Shown in pieces: positions 39,558 through 52,589 of a stretch of DNA of 64,000 nt. Made by a program: the position numbers and the translations under genes. Position 1 is the stretch's first letter. Each line of letters opens with the position of its first letter. The DNA lies in the NCBI GenBank assembly GCA_030265395.1, contig JARFYF010000094.1, positions 29,138,919 through 29,202,918 of the forward strand, read 5' to 3'. The notes under the pieces were generated by a model that saw only the letters and a program-made list of their open reading frames with translations, was not told the origin of the DNA and searched no databases. Origin of the DNA: Rhina ancylostomus (taxonomy: Eukaryota).

Positions 39558-41929
39558 AAATGAATTAATGAACATCATGGTCACTTTCAAAGTTTAACAA
39601 GACATGATATGAGGAATATTAAATATTTGCAAGGATATACGTGGAATTCCTTCACTATTCTCATGGATGGTCATGTACATATGGTGACCTGTTTGAGTAG
39701 CCGACACTTAAGGACTAACCTTGCCTTCTAATTTACACTCAGAATTTAAAAATGTAGCAACTCCTGAATTCTCATGAAGATCCTCAACCTCAAAGAACTC
39801 AGTGGAAGGCAACACCCAGATCCCATCAACATTGGGCTAGACCATGTAGAGAACCAGTCAGCAATCAGTAGAGAACCGCCAGCTAGCTGCAGCACCCATG
39901 GCAGCATGTTCTGGACTTCAGCCTCCTGCAGTACAGAGTACAGAATGCACTGCAGGTCAGTTGAGGGTACACCTGACCGCGCACACTGCTCCAGGACTTA
40001 CCAGGTCCAGTAACTTGCAATATGCACTTCGTATCTTGTCCCTCAGCTTTTGACCATTGCTGCCTTGTTTAGCATATTGATTTGAATGGAGTCATCAACC
40101 ATGATTAAAATGGTAAGTTTGTTTTTTTTTACTTTGTTCTAAATAATGTTAATGTTTTTAATTTAAGTTCAATAAGTTAAATATGTTTTAGTGATTTTCT
40201 TCAGGCACATTTGGAAATAACAAATAGGCCTTTGATTGCTGAAGCTTACAGAAGGCCATGAGGGCAGTCAGTGGGCATGACCTTGCTCTCCAAGACCTAC
40301 AGTCAAGTATGTTGGATGACCATTGGCAGTGTGTCAGGAGCTAAGTGGACACAAATGGTCTGTGTGACTGCAGGGACAGGAAGAGGGTGACATTGAAGTG
40401 TGACTAAATCACACGCGATCTGGTGCTAATTCTCAAAAGCACAAATGCCATAATTATGGTTACTGCGCCAGTGAATTTGCTAAAATACTCAATCTGCTGA
40501 GACAACATGATGTCCGTAGCACTTACCTCAGAAGTAAATTCTCAAATGTCATAGATATTTGCTGCAGCAAAGTGAATCAACTTTTGATAAGTAACCTTTT
40601 TATACCAGAAACAGATAACAATGAAGCTGAGTTTGCAGCATCTGCTTGTCTGTCTTTATTGGTCAATGGAATTGAACAGTTGATTAATTTTCAATGTATT
40701 TAGTCAGAATGTCAAATGGGAATAAGGTGGTATCGTCACAGGAGCTTGTCATCGAAAAACTTGACAATCAATTCCAACAGCAATTTCTGTCAAGCACTAA
40801 TCTTTCATGTAAATGTTCTCAGGTTAGTAATAAATTATGACATTTGATCTTGTAATATATAATGCAATTAGAATCTTGTGTTTGTCGTAAGTTAGCAATT
40901 ATAAATCTCCTGTATAATTTATAACCCCTGGTGAATTTTCAGGCAATCTGTAAAATGGGGTATGGCAGTAAAGTTCATATCATATCAGTCATTATACTTT
41001 GAGATCCTATGTAATAAAATTAATGTTTTTGACTCATGTCATTGAGGGACTATTTTCATCTTCAAACATCATTATCAACAGTAAGAAGAAACAACTTCAA
41101 ATCACAAAATTACAGCTTACTGTGATTATAAGAAGACAAAAATAAAACTGAACATGCCCAGATTTAACTTTCATTACATCTGAAGTTCTTGATAGGACAA
41201 AGGTCACAATTCACCTGCAAATATCCACTCTCTTCCTCAATATATATTTTTCAAAAAGAACTCAATATAATCATGTACACAATTCTTTTCTGGAACAGTA
41301 GAGTAAACTGAAACAAGTTAATGGTTCTGTTAACAACTACGTCNNNNNNNNNNNNNNNNNNNNNNNNNNNNNNNNNNNNNNNNNNNNNCCAATCAGAAAA
41401 ACAAACCAGAGTACATTTAAAATCACATTCTGAAATTAGGCTCTCTCCCATCTATCGTCTAGACAATGGGTTCAATAGATGTCTAAAAACTTCAATCTCA
41501 TGTTGCCTAGTCTTTTTGAATAGGTCACAGCTTTACAACTGCTGCCTATTGGGTTTCTGTCTATAAGAATAGCATCGGACAATTGAACATTTCCTTCAGA
41601 CTTCAGGATTATTTTTTAACTCAGTCAATGGCAACACATTATGGAAACCACTGCTGTTCCGTTACCAAACAAGAAATTAATTTAGGAAAATATCAGTAAT
41701 CATTTATCTGCTTTATACAAATGCCAGACACAGAATGCATGTTTATTCCACACAATAATATCTATAATTTAAAACAAACCTCGTAACATAACCACTAAAT
41801 GAGAAGTTATGGCTGTTGCTTTACAAATAGAATATCAGTTATTCTTACAAATAGAGTGACATACAAATGTCATTCACTTGTATTTTTCAGTACAAGTGAA
41901 CAACAGGGAATTCTAAGTGATATACAATG

Positions 41930-43800
41930 GGCCAAGATCTGCAGCCGATGATCATTTCCCCATTCTTCCCACTGGCCTGCACAGTATATACTTAATTCCA
42001 GCAATTCCCTAATTACGTCAGCACATGTGGAATCTTCAGAGCTGTCAAAATCATCTGCAGCCCATACACCCAAAAGCCCACCCTACTAAGATCCAATAAA
42101 CAACGGACAGCTCATCAAAGGCATTTAGTGCCCACTGGGAGGAGCTGTTTGAGAAACTTTTCAGTCCTTGATGCATGCAATCCACAACACACAATATGGT
42201 TCTGTCTCTAGGCTACTCCAGACTGACCAGAATTTGAGAAGGCCAAATACTAACAGGCAAATATACATGCCTGATGAAGTTCTAAAACGTGGTGGAAAGG
42301 ACCTTCAGGCAAAAATTCACAGTCACCATTTACCTCTGGAAGAGGAGGACAAGCTAGGGAACCTCAGGCACCTGATAATCGTGACCATCTTCAAGAAAAG
42401 AGTCAAATCTGACTGCGATAACTATGCTCTCCAAATCACGGTGAGGATTTCATCCACCTGGAGGTTCGGTGGGCATGACCTTCATCATGTATTGGTACTG
42501 GTTTATTATTGTCACTTGTACCGAGGTACAGTGAAAAGCTTATCTTACAAACCGATTGTACAGGTCAATTCATTACACAGTGCAGTTAAATTGAGCTAGT
42601 ACAGAGTGCATTGATGTAGTACAGGTATGCAGATAGCTGTATCAACCACTATGCCTGCCTTTTTTGGCCTCACAAAAGCCTCTAATTTGTTAACTGAGAG
42701 GAGAATCTTTTTGAGACTTGGCTGCTGTCAGAAATTGGTATCCTTTCTATAACTACTTGCATGCAAATGGTGATTCTAACTAATGGCTCTACCACAGATC
42801 GATTCCCAATGTTGACTGGGTCCAAGCCAGGCTATGTCATGGCTCCACCATTTTTCTCCATCTATTCTTGCCACAATATTCTGCCTCGCTTTGGAATGAA
42901 GTTAAATTACATTAAAAATGTCACTCTATTCTCAGCCACCAAGAAACAGTGAGTACAATGCTTGTGCGTACACATATTCGAAGGCTGATTTCTGAGGTGT
43001 CATCAACTATTTCATTGAATGGTATGTGATAATGGGCCTTAGATTAAACACTTGTGAAATAAAGGTCATCTGCTAACCTGCCCATTGCATAACACCACTC
43101 CCTGACCACATCAAGGAGCGTGAACTACTTTCAGAAGCTGGCGAGCTGCTTGTCAGCAAACGGAGATATTAATGATGAAATTCGCTACCACCTCCAGTGC
43201 CCTAACATAGACTTTGACCATCTGAGGAAAAGAGTGTTTGCAGAACAAGACTGAAGTCATAGTGCACTGGCAGCACTGATGCCTGCCCTCCTGTGTCCCT
43301 CTGAGACACCACAAAACACTGGAAAAGGACCACCATTTCTGGATCTGCAAATTCTCACGTCTCCTGGCAGAATAAATGAACCAATGTTAATATCCTTTCC
43401 CAGGCCAATACTCAGCATTATGCTCATTTGCCTCTATTGGGGAGGCCATTTGGTTCCATGTCCAATGGCAGACTCCTGAATCAGGCACTCTATTCCAAGA
43501 GGTTACAAGAACAAAGTAAATCATTAAGGATGTCCTCATCAATATGTAGGAATTCATAGCCTTTGACCCCTCAAAATGGAGAAAGAGCAAGCAAGGATTG
43601 TATTGAGGTCCTTCTTCACTGGGAACATAACAAGACCTAGCAAACAGGGTGGAAGAAGCAGGTTGCTTCCCATACTGCCCATCTATGCACTATGGCAAGC
43701 ACCTCTTGTCCCAGCTGTGGCAGAATCTGGGGATTCCACATCAGCCTCATAACCCGTAAAATTGGAGTGGAAGCAAGGTGGATCAAGGTGAAGAGGAAGA
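41930..43800 (+). mobile_element. Decayed RTE-clade LINE in the last MAGI1 intron
   Basis: Frameshifted RTE RT motifs: MPDEVLKRGG...LRHLIIVTIFKKRVKSDCDNY and MQMVILTNGSTTDRFPMLTGSKPGYVMAPPFFSI. Confidence 0.85.
42489..42627 (-). mobile_element. Rex1/Babar-type 3' terminus nested in the RTE
   Basis: ggtttattattgtcacttgtaccgaggtacagtgaaaagcttatcttac matches 22787-22828 joined to 28054-28125. Confidence 0.75.
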
Positions 43801-46800
43801 GGGTGAGTAGCACTTGCCTTTTGTGGAGCTGAGGGTTGTTGACTTGTTGGTAAGTACCATCATGATCCCAAAAGGTTAGGACCTTTCATGGTGGCACTAG
43901 TTTACACCACATGATGTCATCATGTGGGTGCTCAGAATAAGACCCAACCATAAAACAGCTGGAAAAACATTTTGCAGCTGGATTAATCATGACACCCGCC
44001 TTTCCACTTGTCAAAACTGCCAGGGTTTTTATGTCACTTATGCGATCAAATTTAAAATATAAAATAAACATTAAACAATAAATACTTTTAAACAAGTGAA
44101 AACATAATGCATACAAAAATTTGAAAGCTGATTATTTTCTCTTCACTTTGGTTCCTGCTGTTGAAATTAGTGGGCATTGTTTGTGTGCAGAGGCAGATTG
44201 CCCAATGTTAAATGCTGTCATTGGCAGCAAGTTCTGCCATGATCTCCATCAGGAGTCCAGTGCCAGCACATTTGGAAAAACGCAGTGGAGCAGCCAGCAA
44301 GTGGGATTGCTGAACCTGTTTGCTCTTGTGGAGAAATACCCGCAACTCATCGTGATATCGCATCATTTCCCAATAATTTCTAGGCCATGGTTTTCTTAAA
44401 ATTTATTTCCATTTATTTTAATTGCCTCACAGATTGCTTTCTACTGTACATCCTCCGCAATTAGGAGAGTGGACTACAGGGGAAAACAAATGTGTGGCAT
44501 GTGTAAGATAAAATGCTTTCCCCATGAAGGTCATTTAATGAGACAAACTGGGCAAACAGACTGAAAACCTGCTGGACTTAACAGAATAGCTGAATTTATG
44601 GAAAGTCACAAGCAAGAACACGTGAGGAAAAAGGGAATCCCGTTGAGTCAGTGAGCAACAGAGGACCTGCAAGTCTCAGACTACTACTGGAAGAGACATA
44701 ATTAAAGTGACAGAAATATCTGTGTGGATTGCAATATCTTATCCATGCTCCATCTATTAGTATGATTGAGATTAGTTACAGCATGTAGGAATACTATCAT
44801 AGTTAGACAATAACCTGAGCATTTTAATTAGTTCATATTGGATCAGTTGGAATGATACAGGTCCGTGAGGTAACGGTAGTTTGTTTGTGTGTGTATACAC
44901 ACATACAATATAAATGTAACAGCAATATAGTGTCTTCATTATTGATAAGACCTACAGAATTGACTTTATTTTTAAAATATCTGAAAATCCTGAACTAACC
45001 CATTGCCCACTTTTGTTGTACAACATTCAGCAGCAATACATCATCTCACAGGATGGAGAAGAGATTAGTGTGGTATGGGCTTAAAAGATATGAGAGGAGG
45101 AATCTCTTTGAATGACTGAGGCTCAAAGAATCTATATTTCTTTCAGACAATTGTCATTAGCATTTTGCATTTAACTGGAGTGAGTTACAATGTAAGTGCC
45201 AGAAATAGGTTGGGAATTCTGTACACATTTCAAATAAATTGTTTGCCCCTTAACTCAGCACAAATGTGTAATATTGGTAAGAACATGAATAAATTGTTAA
45301 ATATTCCATACTACTCCAGTCACATATATCTTATCTTTATCAGCACATTCGATGTAAGCACTGGAAAGTAAGAGATGCCACTGTTGTGAGGTTTGGTGAG
45401 AGGATGATTGTCTGGCAGAGGTTTTATGACAACTGACTATAGACGTCAAGTTGGGTAAACAGAAACAAATGTATCTGACCTCAATTCCTTTGAGGAAATT
45501 TAGAAATTGGCATTTGAAATTGATTAAGTGAGACAGTCACTGTGGGGATTTCATATTGCCAGTTGACACATTAGGTCTTGGGTTATTTAGTCATCACTTA
45601 TATAAACTTACTGTGGCTAAATTGATTATTCTGGTATTTATCATCATTTATTAATTGGTCCGTACAATTTATCATCTCCAGGAAAAGATCAGTTTTAGAG
45701 CCAGTCCAATATTTATTTCCATTAAAGTCATGAATTAAATATAGTTTTCTGCGTGTAATGGGCTACCAGCGTTGTGCTACTCCCCAACACAAATCTTGAT
45801 TACAGTGAGTGCAATCCAGATATTTCTTCAAATGGAAAGGAGGTATATCTGACAGAGATTCATTCCTCAGTCCTGCACTACTCTCATGAAAATCTAAGTT
45901 ACTATTATAGATTTAGATGGACATCAAGCCAAACTTGGCCCAAAAGGTAAAATAATTAATGCAATTATTAATTACCAAAATTCTCGCTGGAAGGAAAACA
46001 TGCCTAAACTTCACCATTTTCAAAAGGCTGGATGTGTGATCGCACTGCCCCCTACTCCAGCCATTCACCCACATTTCAGTTACTATTCCTGCTGAAAGAA
46101 TTGGTACAGAACTGATAAGAATCATGAGACCACAATTGAAAATTTAAGAATCCGGCATTTGAGATTTAAAGCTATGACCCTCCTTTTGGGCATAAAGAAT
46201 CAATTGTCATCTGCTATCAGACAACATATCTTCAGCTTTCAGAGAAGCCCACCATCCTATCCTGCTGTCCTGTAACTAGTCCTACATATATGATCAGGTC
46301 ATTGAGGAGATGTCAATAAAGAAGAGATGTTTTTCTGCATGTGCACAGTTGTGTTAGGACATCCTGTTGCTCGGCAATAAAAGTTCCAGATTACCAGAAT
46401 ATTGCTGGCAGTGTGAGGATGACAATGGCCCTATACGAGGATTAAACATCACCAGATTTCAGTTAAAATCAAATCGTTTCCATGAAATGTTTAGCTCTAA
46501 AAATATTTTTCTCAGAAAAGTAAAAATAATTAATGATTTTTCATTTAAATCAAACTATTTTTAACTTTTGCCCTCAAATATTCAAATTACTTCATACTAA
46601 TTAAGATTTTTTTTCTAATTTAAGGATTAACTCAGGCTTTTAGCATTCAATTACTTTATTTCTTTGCCTCTTTTGGTAGGATGGTGTGGATAAAAGCAGA
46701 TAGCAATTCCAAATGGCCAATCAAGCTCCGATTTCTTCCCCCACAAATGTTCTGTATGAATAATGTTAAATAACAGAGAAAACCAAAGTGCCACACACAG

Positions 46801-46839
46801 CAATGGCTTACTGGTTAGAGGAACACCGGCTTATTAATG

Positions 46840-47250
46840 CAGAGACTTCAGCACAAAACTAGCACTCCAGTGCAACATTGCTCTGCAGTGCTCATCCTTT
46901 GGGAGTGCTGTCTCATGGGTGAGATGTTAAACCTGACCAAGGGATAAACAGCATGAATAACTCCCTTGGCCTAGTGCTGTCTGTTCTCTAAGGTGGACTT
47001 TAAACAGCTGATGGCACTATCTTGAAGAGCAAGGGAGTTATTCACAGTGATTTTCCCTGAGCCAACATCATTAGAAACAGATCATCTGGGGATTACCACA
47101 TTGCTGGCTATGGGTCCTTGCTTTCTCCAAACAGGCTCTCACGTTACCAAGAGCACACAAGTAATTCACAAATACGTTGTTGGCTATAAAATGCTTTGGC
47201 TGCCCAAAGATTGTGAAAAGTGCTCCAGAAATGCAAAGCCTACTTTTCCT
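46840..47250 (+). mobile_element. Deu-domain SINE (SacSINE1/AmnSINE1-related)
   Basis: Contains atggcactatcttgaagagcaagggagtt...ccaacatcattagaaacagatcatctgg...cacattgctg...ttggctataaaatgctttgg...gtgaaaagtgct...aaatgcaa. Confidence 0.75.
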
Positions 47251-47583
47251 TCTCATGGTTGCCAACACATGGATATAGTTCTGCTTCTTATTTCCCTCCA
47301 CTAGGAGCAGGCAGAAAGATGTTGCTTACATTCAGGCTTTCACTATAGAGATCCATACATTTTTGTAGATCTGCAGTAGTTTTTTTTTGTTGATGGCATA
47401 GGAAAGCTTTTAACTAACTGAATGTTGCAAGAGAGACAGAATGAGAGAGAGAAAAACAAGAGGGAGGGAGAGAGGGGGAGAGGGNNNNNNNNNNNNNNNN
47501 NNNNNNNNNNNNNNNNNNNNNNNNNNNNNNNNNNNNNNNNNNNNNNNNNNNNNNNNNNNNNNNNNNNNNNNNNNNNNNNNNNN

Positions 47584-47700
47584 NCTCCCACATTCCAAAG
47601 ACGTACAGGGCGGTTAATATGGGTTTAAAATGGGCAGTGTGGACTCGTTGGGCTGGAATGGCCTGTTACCACACTGTAAGTAAAAAAAAATTTAAAAAAG
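47584..47700 (+). mobile_element. V-SINE 3' half (after a gap)
   Basis: Contains ctcccacattccaaagacgt...ttgggctggaatggcctgttacc and an A tail. Confidence 0.7.
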
Positions 47701-49359
47701 AGAATGAAAGAGAGTGGGGAGATGGATGGAGCAGCACTGAAGGTTCACACTTGCAACAGCAAATAGAAGAGCAGGAGTGCAACAAAGGAAAAGACAATTG
47801 TCCATAAAAGAGGGCACAAAGACAACATGTGCAATAGTGTGTGGGATTTGGCAAATTGGCCCGTTATTATGTTCAAATTCCACCCACTTACTAACCCACA
47901 TTCTTTGCTGAAAGCCAAATGTAGTTCTGCTCTCGTCAGAGTCTAACTGTTCATTACTGGCCTCTCTCTAATTGGGCCTATGTAACAGCAGAACTATTTC
48001 TCCAGGGATTGTCTTGATCTTCCATGGAAGCTGCAGCTCAGAGTCAGGTAAACACATGCAGAAATAACTACCATCTATGCAAACAATTTTCATTGCCTCC
48101 CCAAAGCAATGGATCATTTTAGTCCTCCCTCCTTGAGGCCACATTACTTGATATCATTTTCCAATGCTCATTTGGNNNNNNNNNNNNNNNNNNNNNNNNN
48201 NNNNNNNNNNNNNNNNNNNNNNNNNNNNNNNNNNNNNNNNNNNNNNNNNNNNNNNNNNNNNNNNNNNNGCTCTCCATATAATAATTTTCTTCCAATATAC
48301 TTACATTTGATCAGAACAGAAATAAAATAAAGATGAACAGAGCATCAGGAATGGAGGTTGGAGCACTGTGTTTGGGTGATAGCATTAAATATGCGCAAAT
48401 TATCAGCTGTACTACCTCCAAACATTTAGTGTAATTGAAGTCAATGAAACAGAATATGGTGAGGTTAATACATCCAGAGACTAATACTACTGTCTTTGGA
48501 AGATGAATTTCTCTCATAAATACCCAATATTAGAAGGGGTAAATGTATGTTTTCAAAATATAGGTGATATGTGGCTAACAAAATGTCATAGAGTAATATA
48601 AAAAGTTGTTAGAAGAAGAATGACTATCGTATTATCTTGCTATATGCTTGCACAATCACATTAGTTGTGGAGGAAGAGAGTGTTCTCAGGATTTTATTAA
48701 TTCATATCCCATCTTTGTTTTTTGCATAACAAGTTCCACCATTTTATGCTCAGAATTGATATTTGAAACAATTTAAAACGTAACATACTGAAACAGACAC
48801 AGGCTAGACAGAATGATAAATTATTCATAAAAACCTGTGCAAAGCAAATTGAATCAAACCGATTGTTGAACAGAAAAATGTCAAATAAATTGACATTGTT
48901 CCATTCAGTCAGCACAGGATGCAGGCAAGGGAAAGCTTCAAGGCCTCAAAGCATCAGACAGTTGCTTTCACAGAAGTACGTGCATTTTAATTGGTCTGGT
49001 TGATGTATTTAACCAGCAAGTGGGATTTAAAATAAAACAGGTTAATCATTTATGTTCCAACTACTTCCAACCTTGGCTATGCTTTAACTATTGTGCTGAT
49101 AATTGAACAGTAGAAACTCAGTTAATATTCACTGAGCTGTGTGCTGTTTATTGCTTTCATCACAACATCAGAGAGCAAGCTGAACAGACAGATTCAGTCA
49201 TGAGTCTTCAAGATTATGACAGAGATGAACCACACTACCAATTATTGTTATGTTCCTGTCATAGATTTGAAGTTAGCTAGTTTTATCACAGCTCAAATAG
49301 TTCATGATATCCTGCTGTCCCTTATCAATTACACTATGAACTAAACAGAAGAACAATCT

Positions 49360-49570
49360 CAGCAGCAAAAAACTGCAGATGTTGGAAATCTGAAATTAAA
49401 ACAGTAAATGCTGGAATCACTAAATCAGCCAGGATCTGTGGTGAGAGAATCAGATCTAATGTTTTAGCACCAGGACCTAATGAAATTTCGGACAAAGGGT
49501 CTTTGACCTGAAACATGAACTTTGCTTTTCCTTCCACAGATTATCCCAGAATTTTCTGTTTTTATTTCAA
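49360..49570. mobile_element. Penelope-derived foldback element
   Basis: ctgcagatgttggaaatctgaaattaaaacagtaaatgctgg faces aagggtctttgacctgaaac...ccacagat...agaattttctgtttttatttc as inverted arms. Confidence 0.7.
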
Positions 49571-49699
49571 TTCTGATTTGAACTTTTAGGCAGTTATTTA
49601 CGTTAAAATATTATAATAGTTTTTAAAAAACTTGTGTCTGAACTTTTGTGCTACTTAGCAGGCTTAACAGAAGTCAGAGGTCAAAACATGTGGATTTGG

Positions 49700-50885
49700 G
49701 GGTCAAACAGGAAAATGAATAATAAATTGGCTACAAAACTGAAAATAGAATAGGAATAATCATTCAGACTGACAATCACTGGAAATTGATGTTCCACTGG
49801 TATTAATGCAGGGACTGCTTTTCTTCATTATTTACATAAATGATTAGAGTCAGGAAATGGATGAACGATGACAAACTTAGAGGTACATTTAATACTGAAG
49901 AACACTGTAGCAAATACCAAGGAGATAACAATTACAGAAAGGTTGAGTACATGACAAATCAATTCAAACAGAGATAACTGGTGTATTTTTGAAGGAGAAA
50001 ACAAAGGGACAGTGTTCCTTGGGATACGAGTCTAAATGGGGTAGAGCTGCAAAGGGATATAGGGTTATCAGTTCACAAAATATTAAAAGTGTAAATGCTC
50101 ATAACAAGGAGAAAAGTAAGCAAAATACTTGGGTTCATTCTTAGATGAGCACAATGTATATTTATGTTAAACTTAAGCAGAACCTGGATGAAACTACTAT
50201 TTGGATCCTCTGCATAATTAGTCTCCAGGTTACAGAAAAAAATAGAAACAATGTGGAAAATATGAGAAAAAGAATGTAAGAAATAGGAGCAGGAGTAGGT
50301 CATGCAAATTATGGGTGTGTTCCATTGCTCAGTAACGTCAGGGCCAATTCAACTCCACTTTCCCACACTATCTCCTGAACACGTAACAAGGATAATACTA
50401 AAAGCTTGGGGCAGGGGCACAACTTTCTGGAAACATTAAACAGCTGTGGGATGCTTTTATTTGGTAAAGAGAAGACTGAATGGAGCCTGATGATGGTGCT
50501 ATGATGGGTGATTTATTGAAAAATTGTCAGGGGGCTTGGGTAGTAGAAGAATAACTGTTTCTACTTTGGGAAGAACTAAACCAAGGACTATCAATACAAG
50601 ATAGCTGTGAATACACTAAATAGGGACTTTTAAGGAAACTTTCTGGTGGAAGCATGTTAGGGGATACCATGGTAAGAAGATGTGAAGAACAGCACAGAAG
50701 TATAGAGGTAAATTTTATTAAATTTTGGAGTGGGCCTGTGGCCCTGCTCCAACCTTAACCTCCTATCTTCTTCTGAACATGAAAGATATGGAAAGGCATA
50801 TAGATACTGAGATAATGGATAGAGATTGCAAGACATGTGGAGTGTAAACCTGGGCAAATAGCTGTTTCCATACTTTGAATTTTAT
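49700..50885 (+). mobile_element. Highly decayed CR1 LINE with a nested inverted CR1 tail (~50275-50390)
   Basis: RT-region remnants (gttccactggtattaatgcagggactg...tacataaatgattaga...gatgacaaact) continue through to a 3' UTR. Confidence 0.6.
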
Positions 50886-51744
50886 GTGGTTCCATCTAAA
50901 ATTTAAGCACACAGTGCTCTGTGTTTGAGGAATGTAATGTATTATTGCATATTAAGCCTTGCTATCATTCCCAGTTAATAACTTTAATTGATTAAAATTA
51001 ATTTTGGCTATTAGCATCTTCTCCCTGATTCTTTCCTGAAATAGTCACCAGCAAAGAAGACAAGCAAATTACAATTACAGTATCTATTAGTCCAACTTGT
51101 AGAAGGGATTCTAGGTTTATTTCTGTTGGTTGGGTGTCTTACTGACTTGTTGCATCAGTAATTGATGAGGAAGGCTGTGATCAAAGAGGGAGGCTGTGGT
51201 GTTTGGGGGTCAAGAGGCAATGGGAAGGAAGGAAATCATTTTGTTTTGCACTGCAAGCTGATCAAATGAAATGAGTACCCAGTTCATACAGACCCAAGAT
51301 ATATTTTGAGGTTTGTTCATCTAAGCTGCATCAACTCCTAAAGCATCACAATCAGGCTCAGTAATTGTAGATTATGGAAGGGAAGATGGGGAACTTTTTA
51401 TTAAACTTATGTCAATGCTGAACTGAAATGAGATCAGGCTTGGTTATGTTCTCTTCCCTCCACCATGCTTGTCCATCTGAACCTGTCTTCATCATTCGCT
51501 GCTCTGAAGAGTACAAACTAGATTCCCCCTGTCTCTCCATATGACTGAGATCCTTGGTTCCTGGCATCATTCTGGTAAAAAAAACGACACCATCTTCAAG
51601 ATGTTTACATCCTTCCTATAGAGTGGTGCCTAGAATTTGGATGCATTTCGTAGTTACAGAGCTCTCTAATACTGACTGCTTGGACTCAAGACACTTGGAC
51701 GTACTTGAAGCTTGTCAAACTCACCTAGAAAGGAATCAATACTG

Positions 51745-52385
51745 AGAAACACAGAGTGGTAGATTTTTAAAAACACACAGGATCATTGGTTTTATAAATT
51801 GAGGTATAAACCACAAATCGGTTGTGCTAAATCTTTATAAATCTCTAGTCAGCATGCTGGACAGTTGTGCTCACATCTGAGCACCACTTTTTGGAAAGAA
51901 TAAAAACAACCTGAAGGGGGTGCAGAAGTGATTTACCAGAATGGTGCCATAAATCATGGATTTTAGTTAGGTGAACACTATGAAAAAGCTGGGCTTGCTT
52001 TTCTTACAGCAAGAATAACAGGGATAGATTTGACAGTGTTCAAAATTATGAGAGGTTTTGATGGACGGGGAGAATTGCTTTCCTCTGGAAAAGTAGTAAA
52101 CATCTGGAATAGATTTAAGATACCTGACAAAAAAAGCAGAAGAGTTGAGGAACATTTTTATTTTACTCAGCCATTTTCTAGGATCTAGAATACACTGCCC
52201 CAAAAGAGTGACAGAAGCAAATTCAACATACCTTTCAAAAGAGAAAAGTCAACTAATACTTAAAAAAGATGAAAAGGATCATAGGAAAGGAGCAAAGAAT
52301 TAAACCAAATGGCTGTTCTTTCCCAAAATAGAGAAGGTACGATGATATCAGTGGTTCTTCCTATGCTAAAAAATTCTATGATTAT
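51745..52385 (+). mobile_element. CR1 LINE 3' end
   Basis: Contains gggtgcagaagtgatttaccagaatggtgcca...gatctagaatacactgcc...ttcctatgct...ttctatgatt. Confidence 0.7.
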
Positions 52386-52589
52386 ATTAGTAAGTTGTAT
52401 GTTAGTTAGTCCGGGCTTCAATGTTCTTGTCTATTTACAGAAACAGAATGCAACCATGAGTTGGAATCAAATTATCATCAAGTGTTCATCATAATGCTGA
52501 AACAAACCCATGACTTGGACCCCTGAATAGGATATATCCCGAGTATTTGCTTTCTATTTTCTTAGAAAGTGTGCTGATACTGAACCAAC

